Assembly: GCA_010093705.1 (NCBI GenBank)
Contig: MU006095.1
Location: 1,274,663 to 1,294,662 of the forward strand
Reading direction: 5' to 3'
From: Patellaria atrata CBS 101060
Lineage: Eukaryota
DNA length: 20,000 nt
Shown here: positions 10,544-20,000 of the stretch, piece after piece
Layout: each line of letters opens with the position of its first letter
How positions within the stretch are numbered: position 1 is the first letter of the stretch
The notes under the pieces: generated by a model
Database searches by the model: none
What the model was told of the DNA's origin: nothing
Seen by the model: the letters and a program-made list of their open reading frames with translations, nothing else
Made by a program: the position numbers and the translations under genes

Positions 10544-13000
10544 TATGCTAAAAATTGATGTTGCTTTGATAATCTTCTAGGACCCATGCTGAAAGTCGAT
10601 ATCTGGACGAAGCTGAACCGTCACGGAAGGAGCCATTGCAGCGAGGGTAGTGAGAATCCCTTAGTGAGAGCTTTGTCGGCCAGGTATCTGTTAAGTCCTT
10701 CGACATAGAAGGTGCGGTCGATAGCAACAAATAAATCAGATGGTTGGTCAGCACCATTTGCTTTCCTAAGATGGTTTCTTTCTTCAGGATCTATGAAATC
10801 CCTGAACATCCAGCAACGGGATGTCTGGAAAGCTACCATCCGTACGAATATCTTGGACATACATATCCTAGATGGTTATCGAGACTTGAAAATTGGGTGG
10901 TACCTCAGTCGTACAGTACATAGTGAGCCAGCCTGTACCAGTATCTAGCGTTGTAGCTGTACAGTACGAGTACCTAGATTATGCAGGTTTCGGAAGACTT
11001 ACAATGCTTCAGAAAATTGTCTTTGACTCCGCTGTACCCAATTGCTGGAATATATCCTGAGACCGTTAGCTGTACAAAGGCCTCAACCTTGAATTCCCTT
11101 CAGGAGCCATCTATACTCTCGGATGGGCCCCATCGACTGCTGATGGAAAGTGCTTATCAACTGAGGTATATTTCCTATACGTGCCCATATCATGGTGTTA
11201 TAAGGTCACTGTGCAGTCGCTACGTGTTCGCTCTTCCGCTCCGCTGCAAAAAAACCAGACTGGGCAGGTCAAACGATTGGAAGTTGTACGAAAGCATAGT
11301 CGCACACAACATACACACTTTGAAGCATGAACAACATCTGAGACTGATTTCGTTATGAAGTTCGGGTACAAGCGTACTGTACAGCACCCGAAGAATCTTG
11401 ACTGCAGTAAGAAGAGAGCAGGGTAAGATTAAAACTATGCCCGATCAAGACCATACTGGTAGCAGAAAGTAGTGATAAAGTTTAAGGTATGATGATCGGT
11501 CAAACGATCCAATCTTCATCTGATATTTTACTGTGGATCTGCAGTGATCTCAACCCTGATCAGGAAGCTCCTCCTGCATCCTTCTCTCCCGGCTCTCGGG
11601 TTTGAGATGTGAATATCTTGCAGAGTGCAGATGTGGATGCCTTACAGCTTTTACATTCGAAACACCACGAATCGATGAAGAGGAATCAACAAAGACAAAA
11701 ATTTAGAGAAGATAAAGGTGAAGAAAGCGCGTACTACGGCATTTAGGTTGAAAAAGAATAATAGGATAACAACAATAAGCGGACTAACACAGACCTTTTA
11801 CTTCGGGAGACGGGCTACAACGGTCCGCTGAGAGTCAGTGTCTCAAGCGCCCTGCTATGGCCATAATAAAAATGGACGATGTGGAGACTTGGATGACTGG
11901 GATAGAGAGACTATCGAAGATCGACAGTCATCTTGTTGAGACCTTAAGATACCACTCGAGATGCGGAAGGTGGTGTCGCTTTGTCGTGGCTATAGACAAG
12001 AGGGTTGGCTGTCTGTATGTCTGCCCAAATCTAAACTATTTACTGTTTATGATGCTGATATTGGTATCCAGGGAAAGGTGATAGGTTATCGAACTTTTGG
12101 GCACTTAAGGAGCAGCATCGTGCTGGTGATGAATCGCCCATCTGCAGCCCCAACGTTTACTTGTCGATATCACGGCCAAGCTTGTGTGTCAGTCGCGTCC
12201 TCAAAAGGGAAAATTCCCCTGGTGATCACTCCCATAGCTTTGGCCGCTAGTCCAGCTGCGTTGAGCGCGCAGATGCTTTTGCAATCTCAACCTTCGCCGC
12301 CACATGCGCTGAAACGGACTAGATTCTGCTCAAGCCCCCTATCAAGCATCACGAAGTGCCGGACAGGAAAAACGTCCCATCAGAACTGCGCGAGTTTGTT
12401 GGACTCTGTTGCTTTCTCGACATCGTGATGTGCTAACGACTTTGGACTCATCGGAGGGGGGAAGTTCCCAATTAGGATGAAAATTGCGATGATCTGCGGT
12501 AAGCGTGTGCTTTGGCAGAGGCGCGTTTTCTAACGTTTGAAGTTGGTATGGCTACTGGCTAGCATTCTTCGGTCAAAGTCTTTACGGTTGGCGGCCAACT
12601 ATTTCCTGACACCTGCTGACCTCCTGCTTGACCGCTTGATCTTTCCCCTCGAAATTCAAGAAATCGCTTGCCCGTGGGGAAGGGGCCCGAGGGACGCGAT
12701 GTGGATTTCTGGATGGTGATAGCCATCATGGGTGTGAATTGTTTACTCAATCAGTATGAAGTGGGTCTAGACTAGAGCTATGTCAGCGGTAGAGACTTTA
12801 TATCATGCCTTTCACTTCCACGTCAGATCCACATGAGACGACTCTTTTTTAAACACAGTCCTTCGTCTATCTTTATCTTATCCATCCTCAGATTCAAACG
12901 TATCAATTAACTTTGTATGCGTTAAAGATCGAGGTCACCATCATATATACTATACCTGCACGACTGCATTATTATAACCTTAATATATTAACTTCTAATC

Positions 13001-14641
13001 ATGGGCCGCTTAGCGAGGTATACCACCTGGTTCTCGGGAGACGACAACATCCCACCCATATTCTTAAAACAAAGATCCTCAAGTCTTTTTATCGTCTCTA
13101 CTGTCGGAATTGCAGTCTTTACAGACATTTTCCTATATGCTGTTATTGTTCCTATAGTGCCTTGGGCACTCACACAGAGAGCAGGTGTTGAGGAGGATAA
13201 AGGTATGAGCACACCATCCAACCCGCTTTTTGAGAATCCTTCACGCTGATACATTGGTAATAGTCCAACATTGGGTATCCATTCTCATAGCAATATACGG
13301 TGCAGCACTCGTTGCTTTTTCTCGTATGTTCTTGCTCTTACCCCACCTCGCAGTCCACCGAACTCGAAATCTTTCGTTATATTGCATCATTGACTGACTG
13401 GATCTTTAGCGATATGCGGATACCTTGCAGATCATACGTCTTCAAGACGATCACCACTTCTATTAGGACTTGTAGCTCTCGCGGGAGCCACTGCTATGCT
13501 TAATGTCGGTACTACTATCGCCATTTGGGTGGTAGGGCGTCTTCTTCAAGGGGCTAGTGCTGCTGTCGTATGGGTTGTAGGATTAGCCCTGCTAGTAGAT
13601 ACTGTTGGCCAACGTGATATTGGTAAAGCTATGGGCTTCGTCAGTATTGCCTTCACCATGGGCATTATGCTTGGACCCCTTTTAGGTGGTATTGTCTTCG
13701 ACCACGGAGGGTACAATGCTGTCTTTGCTATGGCATATGGTATGATTATCTTAGACATCATACTCCGGGTCCTTATGATAGAAAAGAAGCATGTGAAGAG
13801 GTGGGAGCCAGTTGTACCAAGGTCCGATTCCGTGTGGTCCAGCCCCCCAAATACGGCTACGACTTTGATGCCAGAGGAAAAGGCCTTCTATGGTATTGAT
13901 GAAGAGAAGACGTATGGTTCGGATAACGCTCAGCAGAGGAACATCGAACCGATGCCCCCTGGAACGGATTCAGCAGTAGACTCCAAGAGTAAATACCCCC
14001 CGGTCATTACTCTTCTCGCTTCCCGACGACTTCTCGCTGCTCTATGGGGGATCCTAGCCATCGGTTCCGTAATGACCGGCTTCGACGCGACTCTCCCTCT
14101 GTTTGTCCACGAAAACTTTGGTTGGGGGAGTACAGGCGCCGGTCTTATTTTCCTCCCCATTGTCATTCCTTCCTTCCTAGGACCACTCATCGGATGGGTT
14201 GCAGACATCTACGGTGCACGTTGGCTTAGCGCAGCAGGATTCCTTCTCGGAGCACCTTTCTTGATACTTCTACGTCTCATTGACCACGATGATATGCCCC
14301 AGAAAGTTTTATTATGCGCATTGCTCTTCTTTATCGGAACCGCCATCAACTTAGTCATGGCTCCGCTTATGGCAGAAATTACTTATGTTGTCGAAGCAAA
14401 AGAGAAAGAGAGACCTGGTATGTTTGGGCCAAAGGGCGCGTATGCACAAGCGTACGGGCTATTTAACATGGCATTCGCCATTGGATGTGTAGTAGGTCCG
14501 GTCTGGGCCGGTATGGTGAGAGATAGCAGTGGATGGGGAACTATGGGTTGGAGTTTGGCGATTTTGAGCGGTGTTAGTGCTATTCCTACTGCTATTTGGA
14601 CGGGAGGATTCATTCTTAGAGCAAAGAGAAGGGAAACTTGA
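13001..14641 (+). CDS. MFS transporter, vesicular amine transporter (SLC18)-like, about 497 aa: join(13001..13202,13264..13323,13410..14641)
   Basis: Motifs VFTDIFLYAVIVPIVP, motif A-like GYLADHTSSRR, GRLLQGASAAVVWVVGLALLVDTV, GPLLGG, GWVADIYGAR and AYAQAYGLFNMAFAIG, with about 12 hydrophobic segments. Introns 13203-13263 (GTATGA..GCTGAT..TAG) and 13324-13409 (GTATGT..ACTGAC..TAG) keep the frame. Confidence 0.92.
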
Positions 14642-15014
14642 ACGGGGTGTTTGGAAAGGGATGAACGTTGGTTTGACGGATGTATTGAGTACATGAGTGA
14701 TGCTGGACGGCAGCGAGTCTATTTATTCATACATTTTATTTGCACGTACGCCTATAGTGGCAAAAGTATCTTATACACAATTAAGACACAAGATTCACAT
14801 CGATATTTCTCGTCCTTTGCTGCCTGTGCACAGACCACTAGTTCTGTTAAAATTCATGGATGCATAGAACCAACGGCAGAATTTCGGCTACGCGTCTTCC
14901 AGTTGGCCCAAGCTCTATTTTTATTTTTCAAGACTTTAGACTTCCTCTTTATAAAAAACCACAGAAACTATGACATACCACCTTCTGACCAAAATTGATA
15001 CATGAATTCTTGAT

Positions 15015-17807
15015 ATGCGTATCTCTCTTAATATACGTCGTCATGGCCTCCCATCCGTCTCCCTTATTTGGCCCCTCAAACCGGCCGATCTCCCCAACCA
15101 GACCATCGTTCAGTTCCTCGAAGCTATCAACGATGCAATCCCTCTCGAGTCCTCACACTGGGGACTAGACGACTACGTAGTCACCATCCATGGCAATGAG
15201 CTTCTACACTACATGAAAGTTGCTGATGTCGTCGAGAAAGACGATGAAGTGATTGTACGCCCTTTACAGACATCTGAGATAAGGGCCAGGACGCTAGGTG
15301 GCAGGTATCAGATATCTGCTGCCGGACAGCATCTTACGGATGGTATTGCTTTTGGAAAACCCTGGCTGAGGAGACCGACAAGGCCGCTGGTCAATATTCC
15401 ACCTGCGAAGAGGAGGAGGGTGGGGTGGGGTGAGGAGGATGAGGAGGAGGATTTGTGGGATGAGGAGGGATTGGATGAATTGGAAAATAGGTTGCAGTTG
15501 CAGGATACCCCGAGGACTGGAGATAATCATGGGTTTCAAGATGAAGATGAAGATAAGGAAGACGATGAAGATTGGGTTCCTGAGGGAGTCAAGGACGTAT
15601 ACATTGGAGGTAGGTCTACTGCTGACGACCGGTATTTGCCCCCGAAAACTTCAAAAGCTAGAAAGAGTGTCACGTTCAACGATAGAGTGGAGACGAATGA
15701 GGATAGACGTCGAGTCCCACTTATGAATAAGCTCCCAGCGTTAACAACACTTGACAAGGACGATGAGGATAGTGAAGATGACTTTTTACCATCGTCGGAT
15801 GAGAACTCAGATTCAGATTCAGATTCAACGTCTAACCAGTCTGAAGAACAAATGAAGTCTGCTCGTGACGATTCAGATTCAGATTTGGAAGACTCTGATT
15901 ATGTTTCTACTAGTTCCGACGACACCTCATCTCTAGATGACGACAGTTCGGATTCTTCAGAAATGTCTGAACCTGAAGATCAACCCGCGAAACCCCCAGC
16001 TACGAAGAAACAAATAGATGCCGAAAGTTCCAGTTCATCTGCCCCGTCCGAGTCTGAAGATGAGCCCAAGATCCTTCCGACGGTGAAAACGAAGACAGCG
16101 GTAACTGAACCTAAGAAACAATTACAACAACTCAAGAAGGTACCATCCGAAGGATCTTCAAATTCAGTCTTGTCAAAAGCAAAATCAGAGTCAACAGCTA
16201 AGCTTCAGAGCAATAAAAAGGACCATACTCCGGATCAACCCGTAATCCCTCCAGGAAAAGGCCAGAAAGAGACGCGAGAACGCAATAAGAGGCGAAAAGA
16301 TAGCAAAAGGCTCCGCGCATTAAAAGCGCGAGGACTTCTTCCAGCGAACGCGGATAGAGCGGATCTTTCGGAGTACCTACGTAAGACAAATCAAACAGAA
16401 GAAGGTTTCGAGGAGGAAGACTTAGCGAGGTCCCAAGACAACGCGACTAGAATTCCTCGAAATGGAAGTAATGACATAATGGGTATAAACGGGTCTCACA
16501 CCAGCGCAGAAGGTGGGACGCATAATAAGGAAAACAAGAACAATGGCCCTTCCGGAACTGGAGAGCAGACTTCTGATCTCGCTCTAGTTTCTAGCGCACA
16601 TTATACTATCAACTCAGATGTACAAGACGATACAATGAAGGACGACACACTACCCACGAAACGGGCGCGACTCGACCTCGCAGGTTCAAGAAGACTCGTC
16701 TTCGGTTCTCTAGGAGTACGCACACCAAAGACTAAAGAGGACGAAGACCGTCTCCGTAACAAACTTTCCGCTAAACAACTTCCCCGCGAACTCAGAGCCG
16801 CCAAAGTCGCTCAGGACGCCACAACAGCTAAAGCGGCGAAGAATACTCCGCCTCCTGACCCAGAGGATCCGGACGCTTGGAAATCCAAGGTCGTCCTTTC
16901 TGCGATAGAGTGTTGGGACAAAACGGTCGAGGAGCTAAGCACTCCGCCTTACCCGTTCAAGCAAAGGTGGGATCCCCAGCAGGATGCGAGCTACTATCAT
17001 ACCAGATCGAAGCGTACGAGTAAGAAGAGGAAGTTGGCTGAAGCATATGGAAGAGGTGAGACGGAGGATATCGGTTACATGGAGGAGAACTCATATAATT
17101 ACAATCACGAAGAAGGTCCCGAATACGAAGGGGAATATCCTGATGGTGGCCTCAATTACGACGATGAGGTCATACAGGAAGATACCGAAGCCGCTGAATC
17201 CCAACTCATTCAGGAGACCGAGATAGCGGAATTCAGAGACGATAGCGTCGACGGTGGTATCCCCCCTCTCCCACCCGACCCCTCGATCCTTTCTCCCCTA
17301 GACTATCAGGACGTGGTACAGGGCGCCATCATCGTCTTCAAGCAGCTCGAGGTCTCCCAAGCCACGAAATGGGAGCCTAAAATGTCAGGCTGGAAAACGG
17401 CGACGGTGGAAGGATGCATGAACTCCCTCGTCTACATAAAACTAGCGGCGCGCGATATCCCCAAGAAGGAGAAGAAGTTCGATCACGAGGGTCGCAGGAT
17501 GTACGAGAAGTTCGAGATGGCGTCCGATTCCGAGGACGAGGATGAAGGCTTCCTGGCCATTTCTTTCGACGAGTTGGTCGAACCGAAGTTCTTGAGGGAA
17601 GCGAAGCCCGTAAATAGCGGTAAGGAAGGGGTGGAGATTGTGGAGCCCGAAGATAGCAATACGCTAAGTTTGGAGTCTGTCACCGCTGTTGCTGACGGTG
17701 TGGATATGGTCGTTCGCGAGGCGAGTGCGGGAGCTGCTGGGGAGGAGGGGATTCAGGTCTCGGCTGAGGGCGCACAGGAATCGCCATTGATAGAAGCGAC
17801 GGCTTGA
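15015..17807 (+). CDS. 930-aa intronless nuclear protein, putative coilin (Mug174-like): N-terminal coilin-type domain, long acidic/Ser-rich disordered linker, C-terminal Tudor-like domain
   Basis: Uninterrupted ORF with basic NLS-like patches (PAKRRRV, RNKRRKDSKR, KKRK) and D/E/S tracts. The C-terminal GAIIVFKQLEV..WEPKMSGWKTATV..KFEM..ISFDELVEPKFL matches the coilin C-terminal pattern as I recall it. The CDS is high confidence and the coilin identity is moderate. Confidence 0.8.
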   Translation: MRISLNIRRHGLPSVSLIWPLKPADLPNQTIVQFLEAINDAIPLESSHWGLDDYVVTIHGNELLHYMKVADVVEKDDEVIVRPLQTSEIRARTLGGRYQISAAGQHLTDGIAFGKPWLRRPTRPLVNIPPAKRRRVGWGEEDEEEDLWDEEGLDELENRLQLQDTPRTGDNHGFQDEDEDKEDDEDWVPEGVKDVYIGGRSTADDRYLPPKTSKARKSVTFNDRVETNEDRRRVPLMNKLPALTTLDKDDEDSEDDFLPSSDENSDSDSDSTSNQSEEQMKSARDDSDSDLEDSDYVSTSSDDTSSLDDDSSDSSEMSEPEDQPAKPPATKKQIDAESSSSSAPSESEDEPKILPTVKTKTAVTEPKKQLQQLKKVPSEGSSNSVLSKAKSESTAKLQSNKKDHTPDQPVIPPGKGQKETRERNKRRKDSKRLRALKARGLLPANADRADLSEYLRKTNQTEEGFEEEDLARSQDNATRIPRNGSNDIMGINGSHTSAEGGTHNKENKNNGPSGTGEQTSDLALVSSAHYTINSDVQDDTMKDDTLPTKRARLDLAGSRRLVFGSLGVRTPKTKEDEDRLRNKLSAKQLPRELRAAKVAQDATTAKAAKNTPPPDPEDPDAWKSKVVLSAIECWDKTVEELSTPPYPFKQRWDPQQDASYYHTRSKRTSKKRKLAEAYGRGETEDIGYMEENSYNYNHEEGPEYEGEYPDGGLNYDDEVIQEDTEAAESQLIQETEIAEFRDDSVDGGIPPLPPDPSILSPLDYQDVVQGAIIVFKQLEVSQATKWEPKMSGWKTATVEGCMNSLVYIKLAARDIPKKEKKFDHEGRRMYEKFEMASDSEDEDEGFLAISFDELVEPKFLREAKPVNSGKEGVEIVEPEDSNTLSLESVTAVADGVDMVVREASAGAAGEEGIQVSAEGAQESPLIEATA

Positions 17808-18988
17808 TTGTGATTATATTGGGTGCGAGTCGGACTTTCGCCGTGGTGGGGTGGAAGTATAGTTCAAGTGTCGCCGCGGTAGGAGTCGTTATATTTGCAT
17901 CTGCATACCTTAGTGGATAGTTAATATGCAGCATGGGACGCCAGCATAATGGTCAGGTGTTAGCACAGCGCGGGTCTTTATCATCGCCATCTGCGTAGGC
18001 GTGGTTTATGTAGCATGTATAGCTGAATAGCATTTTCGTTCCCTCTTATTCTTCTCCCACGTCCTTGTACTGTATGGTCGGTGTATAGAAGGCAGTCTGA
18101 GTCAGTGAGTGGGTATGCTTGTCTGATATCTAGAGATATATGGTAGAATAGACCAAAGTAGAGTCATGCACTACAGCACGTTGGTGACATTACTGCTTTG
18201 TACTTTGACGCTGCTGTACGCTTATCTCATACATCCACGCTGCTGTAAAGCACGGTCCGGTACACTCACGCTTTAGAATCTTTCGAACACTCCCATTAAA
18301 CTTTATAGTGTAGTATGGTCTAGTATGGGAACCTAGGGTGCCGTAGTGTACTACTAGACTGTACCGTACCACCCGTCTGAATTGAACAGGAACACTTGCG
18401 TACAGTACGGTATAGTACAGTAAAGCAGAACAACTGAAAGTAGGTCCTTTAGGTTATTAGATTGTTACTGTACTATACCACATCATGCCACAACCTCGTC
18501 CCGTCGTTCTGAAGCAAGAGTTGAAGAAGCGCACAGCACACGCTGGAAAGCGCAGCTGGGATGGAGGAATACAACTCCGACGCCTCGACTCGAGGGGAAC
18601 GAAGAACGAAGAATGTCAGCAGTGGTGCGTAGACCATGGTATCACGACGGAGTAGAACTACACACAGCATCGAGTCCCAGCACAGTGTGGCCAACGATCC
18701 GTATCGATAAGGTATTAGTATTCTCGGTATTTCATCGGTATTGTATCGAATATCATAATACCTTAACAATACTCTTGGCATTTTAAGATTTTTTAATATT
18801 CTTTAGAATTCAACTAAAATATTATCGTTTTCTTAGAAATTTAATTAAAATAAAGATACTCTTCGTACGAAGGGATTATATAGCTATGAATAACATCTAT
18901 AGCTGTTCTAAGATAGAAGGCACGAGGGCGTGCCTACGTGCCTGCCTGTCCACCTGTCTACTGGCCCACCTGCCTACCTGCCAATTTG

Positions 18989-18995
18989 TATAAAA
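18989..18995 (+). promoter_or_regulatory. TATA box (TATAAAA) followed by a CT-rich tract, upstream of ORF 19118
   Basis: TATAAAA, then a pyrimidine tract at about 19000-19050, which is a typical core promoter layout in filamentous fungi. Confidence 0.5.
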
Positions 18996-19117
18996 TACAT
19001 CTTTTTTTTGAATTTCTCTTCTTCTCTTCTTCTCTCCTTCTCAATCTTTGATTTTAGTAACTCAAAGTGTAAGTACTCAGCTTAAACCTATCGTACGAAG
19101 GCTAATAAGACTATAGT

Positions 19118-19684
19118 ATGGCCAATACGCAAGTAGTTCTCTATAACCCAGCGATCACGGCTGCCGCTCACGCGAACCGCAACCCGGTGCTACTCGTAAC
19201 ACAGCAGCAATTGGCTCCGTGGTGTCACAGCCCACAGAATAGAGCACTTCTGGCCGTCGGTGGAGGTGTTGATGTTGAGTTCGTACGTGACTCTATCACA
19301 CCGAGCAGATTGGATCTCATAGGCAGTCATATGTCAATGGGATTCTTATCCAGTCTCGTGGAGGTGACGTTGATCCTTGTGCGGCTTGTCGTACGAGAGA
19401 TTTCCGTCCCTTCCTTAGTTGTCACCGCGCTGAGGGACACTTTGGCGGAACATGCGCCAACTGCAAATGGCGCGACCATACAGCACGCTGTTCCGTACGA
19501 GCTGGTGGTCCAGATAAGCCTGCTCAAGGAGCCAGGGTGCTTGGACCTGGTTCAGGGGTTGACGGAGCTGACGGCACCGCCCCTGGGAATGCTATTGTGC
19601 TGGATGACGATGAGGGGCTACTCCCCAAAATGCTATAATCATTGGTTGAGCAGAGCTTCGTACGAAGTATTCTTTGGCGTTTAA
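19118..19684 (+). CDS. Hypothetical (orphan) protein, 188 aa
   Basis: ATG-initiated ORF preceded by a TATA box, a CT tract and a canonical 48-nt 5'-UTR intron at 19069-19116 (GTAAGT..GCTAAT..TAG). No recognisable domain. Confidence 0.5.
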   Translation: MANTQVVLYNPAITAAAHANRNPVLLVTQQQLAPWCHSPQNRALLAVGGGVDVEFVRDSITPSRLDLIGSHMSMGFLSSLVEVTLILVRLVVREISVPSLVVTALRDTLAEHAPTANGATIQHAVPYELVVQISLLKEPGCLDLVQGLTELTAPPLGMLLCWMTMRGYSPKCYNHWLSRASYEVFFGV

Positions 19685-20000
19685 GCGTTCTGGCGTTTCG
19701 GTGTTCTGCTTTGCCTAGCTATCCAGGGCTGTTGGTAGCACTCAGACGTGATCTGTACCTTTACGTGTGTCTGAGATCAGTAGCCATTAGGTGAAACTAA
19801 ACAAATCGTACGAACCTTTCAATAAATTTTTTTGTTTTGCCCAATGTTTAAGACATTCAGTATGTTCTAACTCTCTTGAACTTAAGCGTGATCTTTCCCA
19901 TGATACCGTACGACGAGCTGCTGAAAACACTCGTTCTGGTTCATCGCTCATTGCTGGAATTGAGAGGATCTCAATTGCAAGTATAGATAATCGTGGAAAC

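Noticed and set aside
10981..12750. ORFs 10981-11358, 11857-12081, 11961-12428 and nearby short ORFs
   Set aside because: No recognisable motifs or consistent splice structure, so they are most likely chance ORFs in a long intergenic region.
15808..15828. (TCAGAT)n repeat
   Set aside because: It encodes the Ser-Asp low-complexity tract of the 930-aa protein and is not an independent element.
18473..18781. 102-aa minus-strand ORF
   Set aside because: It starts in degenerate AT-rich sequence and has no recognisable motif or supporting signals.

Overview
Genomic DNA of a filamentous ascomycete (Pezizomycotina-type), inferred from short GT-AG introns with CTAAC/CTGAC branch points and from the gene content. 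The window holds five intact genes: a multi-pass membrane protein (-), an INO80 subunit Ies4/DUF1711-like gene (+), a RanBPM/Gid1-like SPRY-LisH-CTLH-CRA gene (+), an SLC18-like MFS transporter (+), and an intronless 930-aa protein whose two termini resemble coilin (+). It also holds a disrupted protein kinase pseudogene (-) and a probable orphan gene near the right end with a TATA box and a 5'-UTR intron. That orphan gene lies in a ~1 kb stretch strongly enriched for the palindrome CGTACG. The best leads are the putative coilin and the CGTACG-rich orphan locus. Family calls come from motif recognition only; no searches were run.
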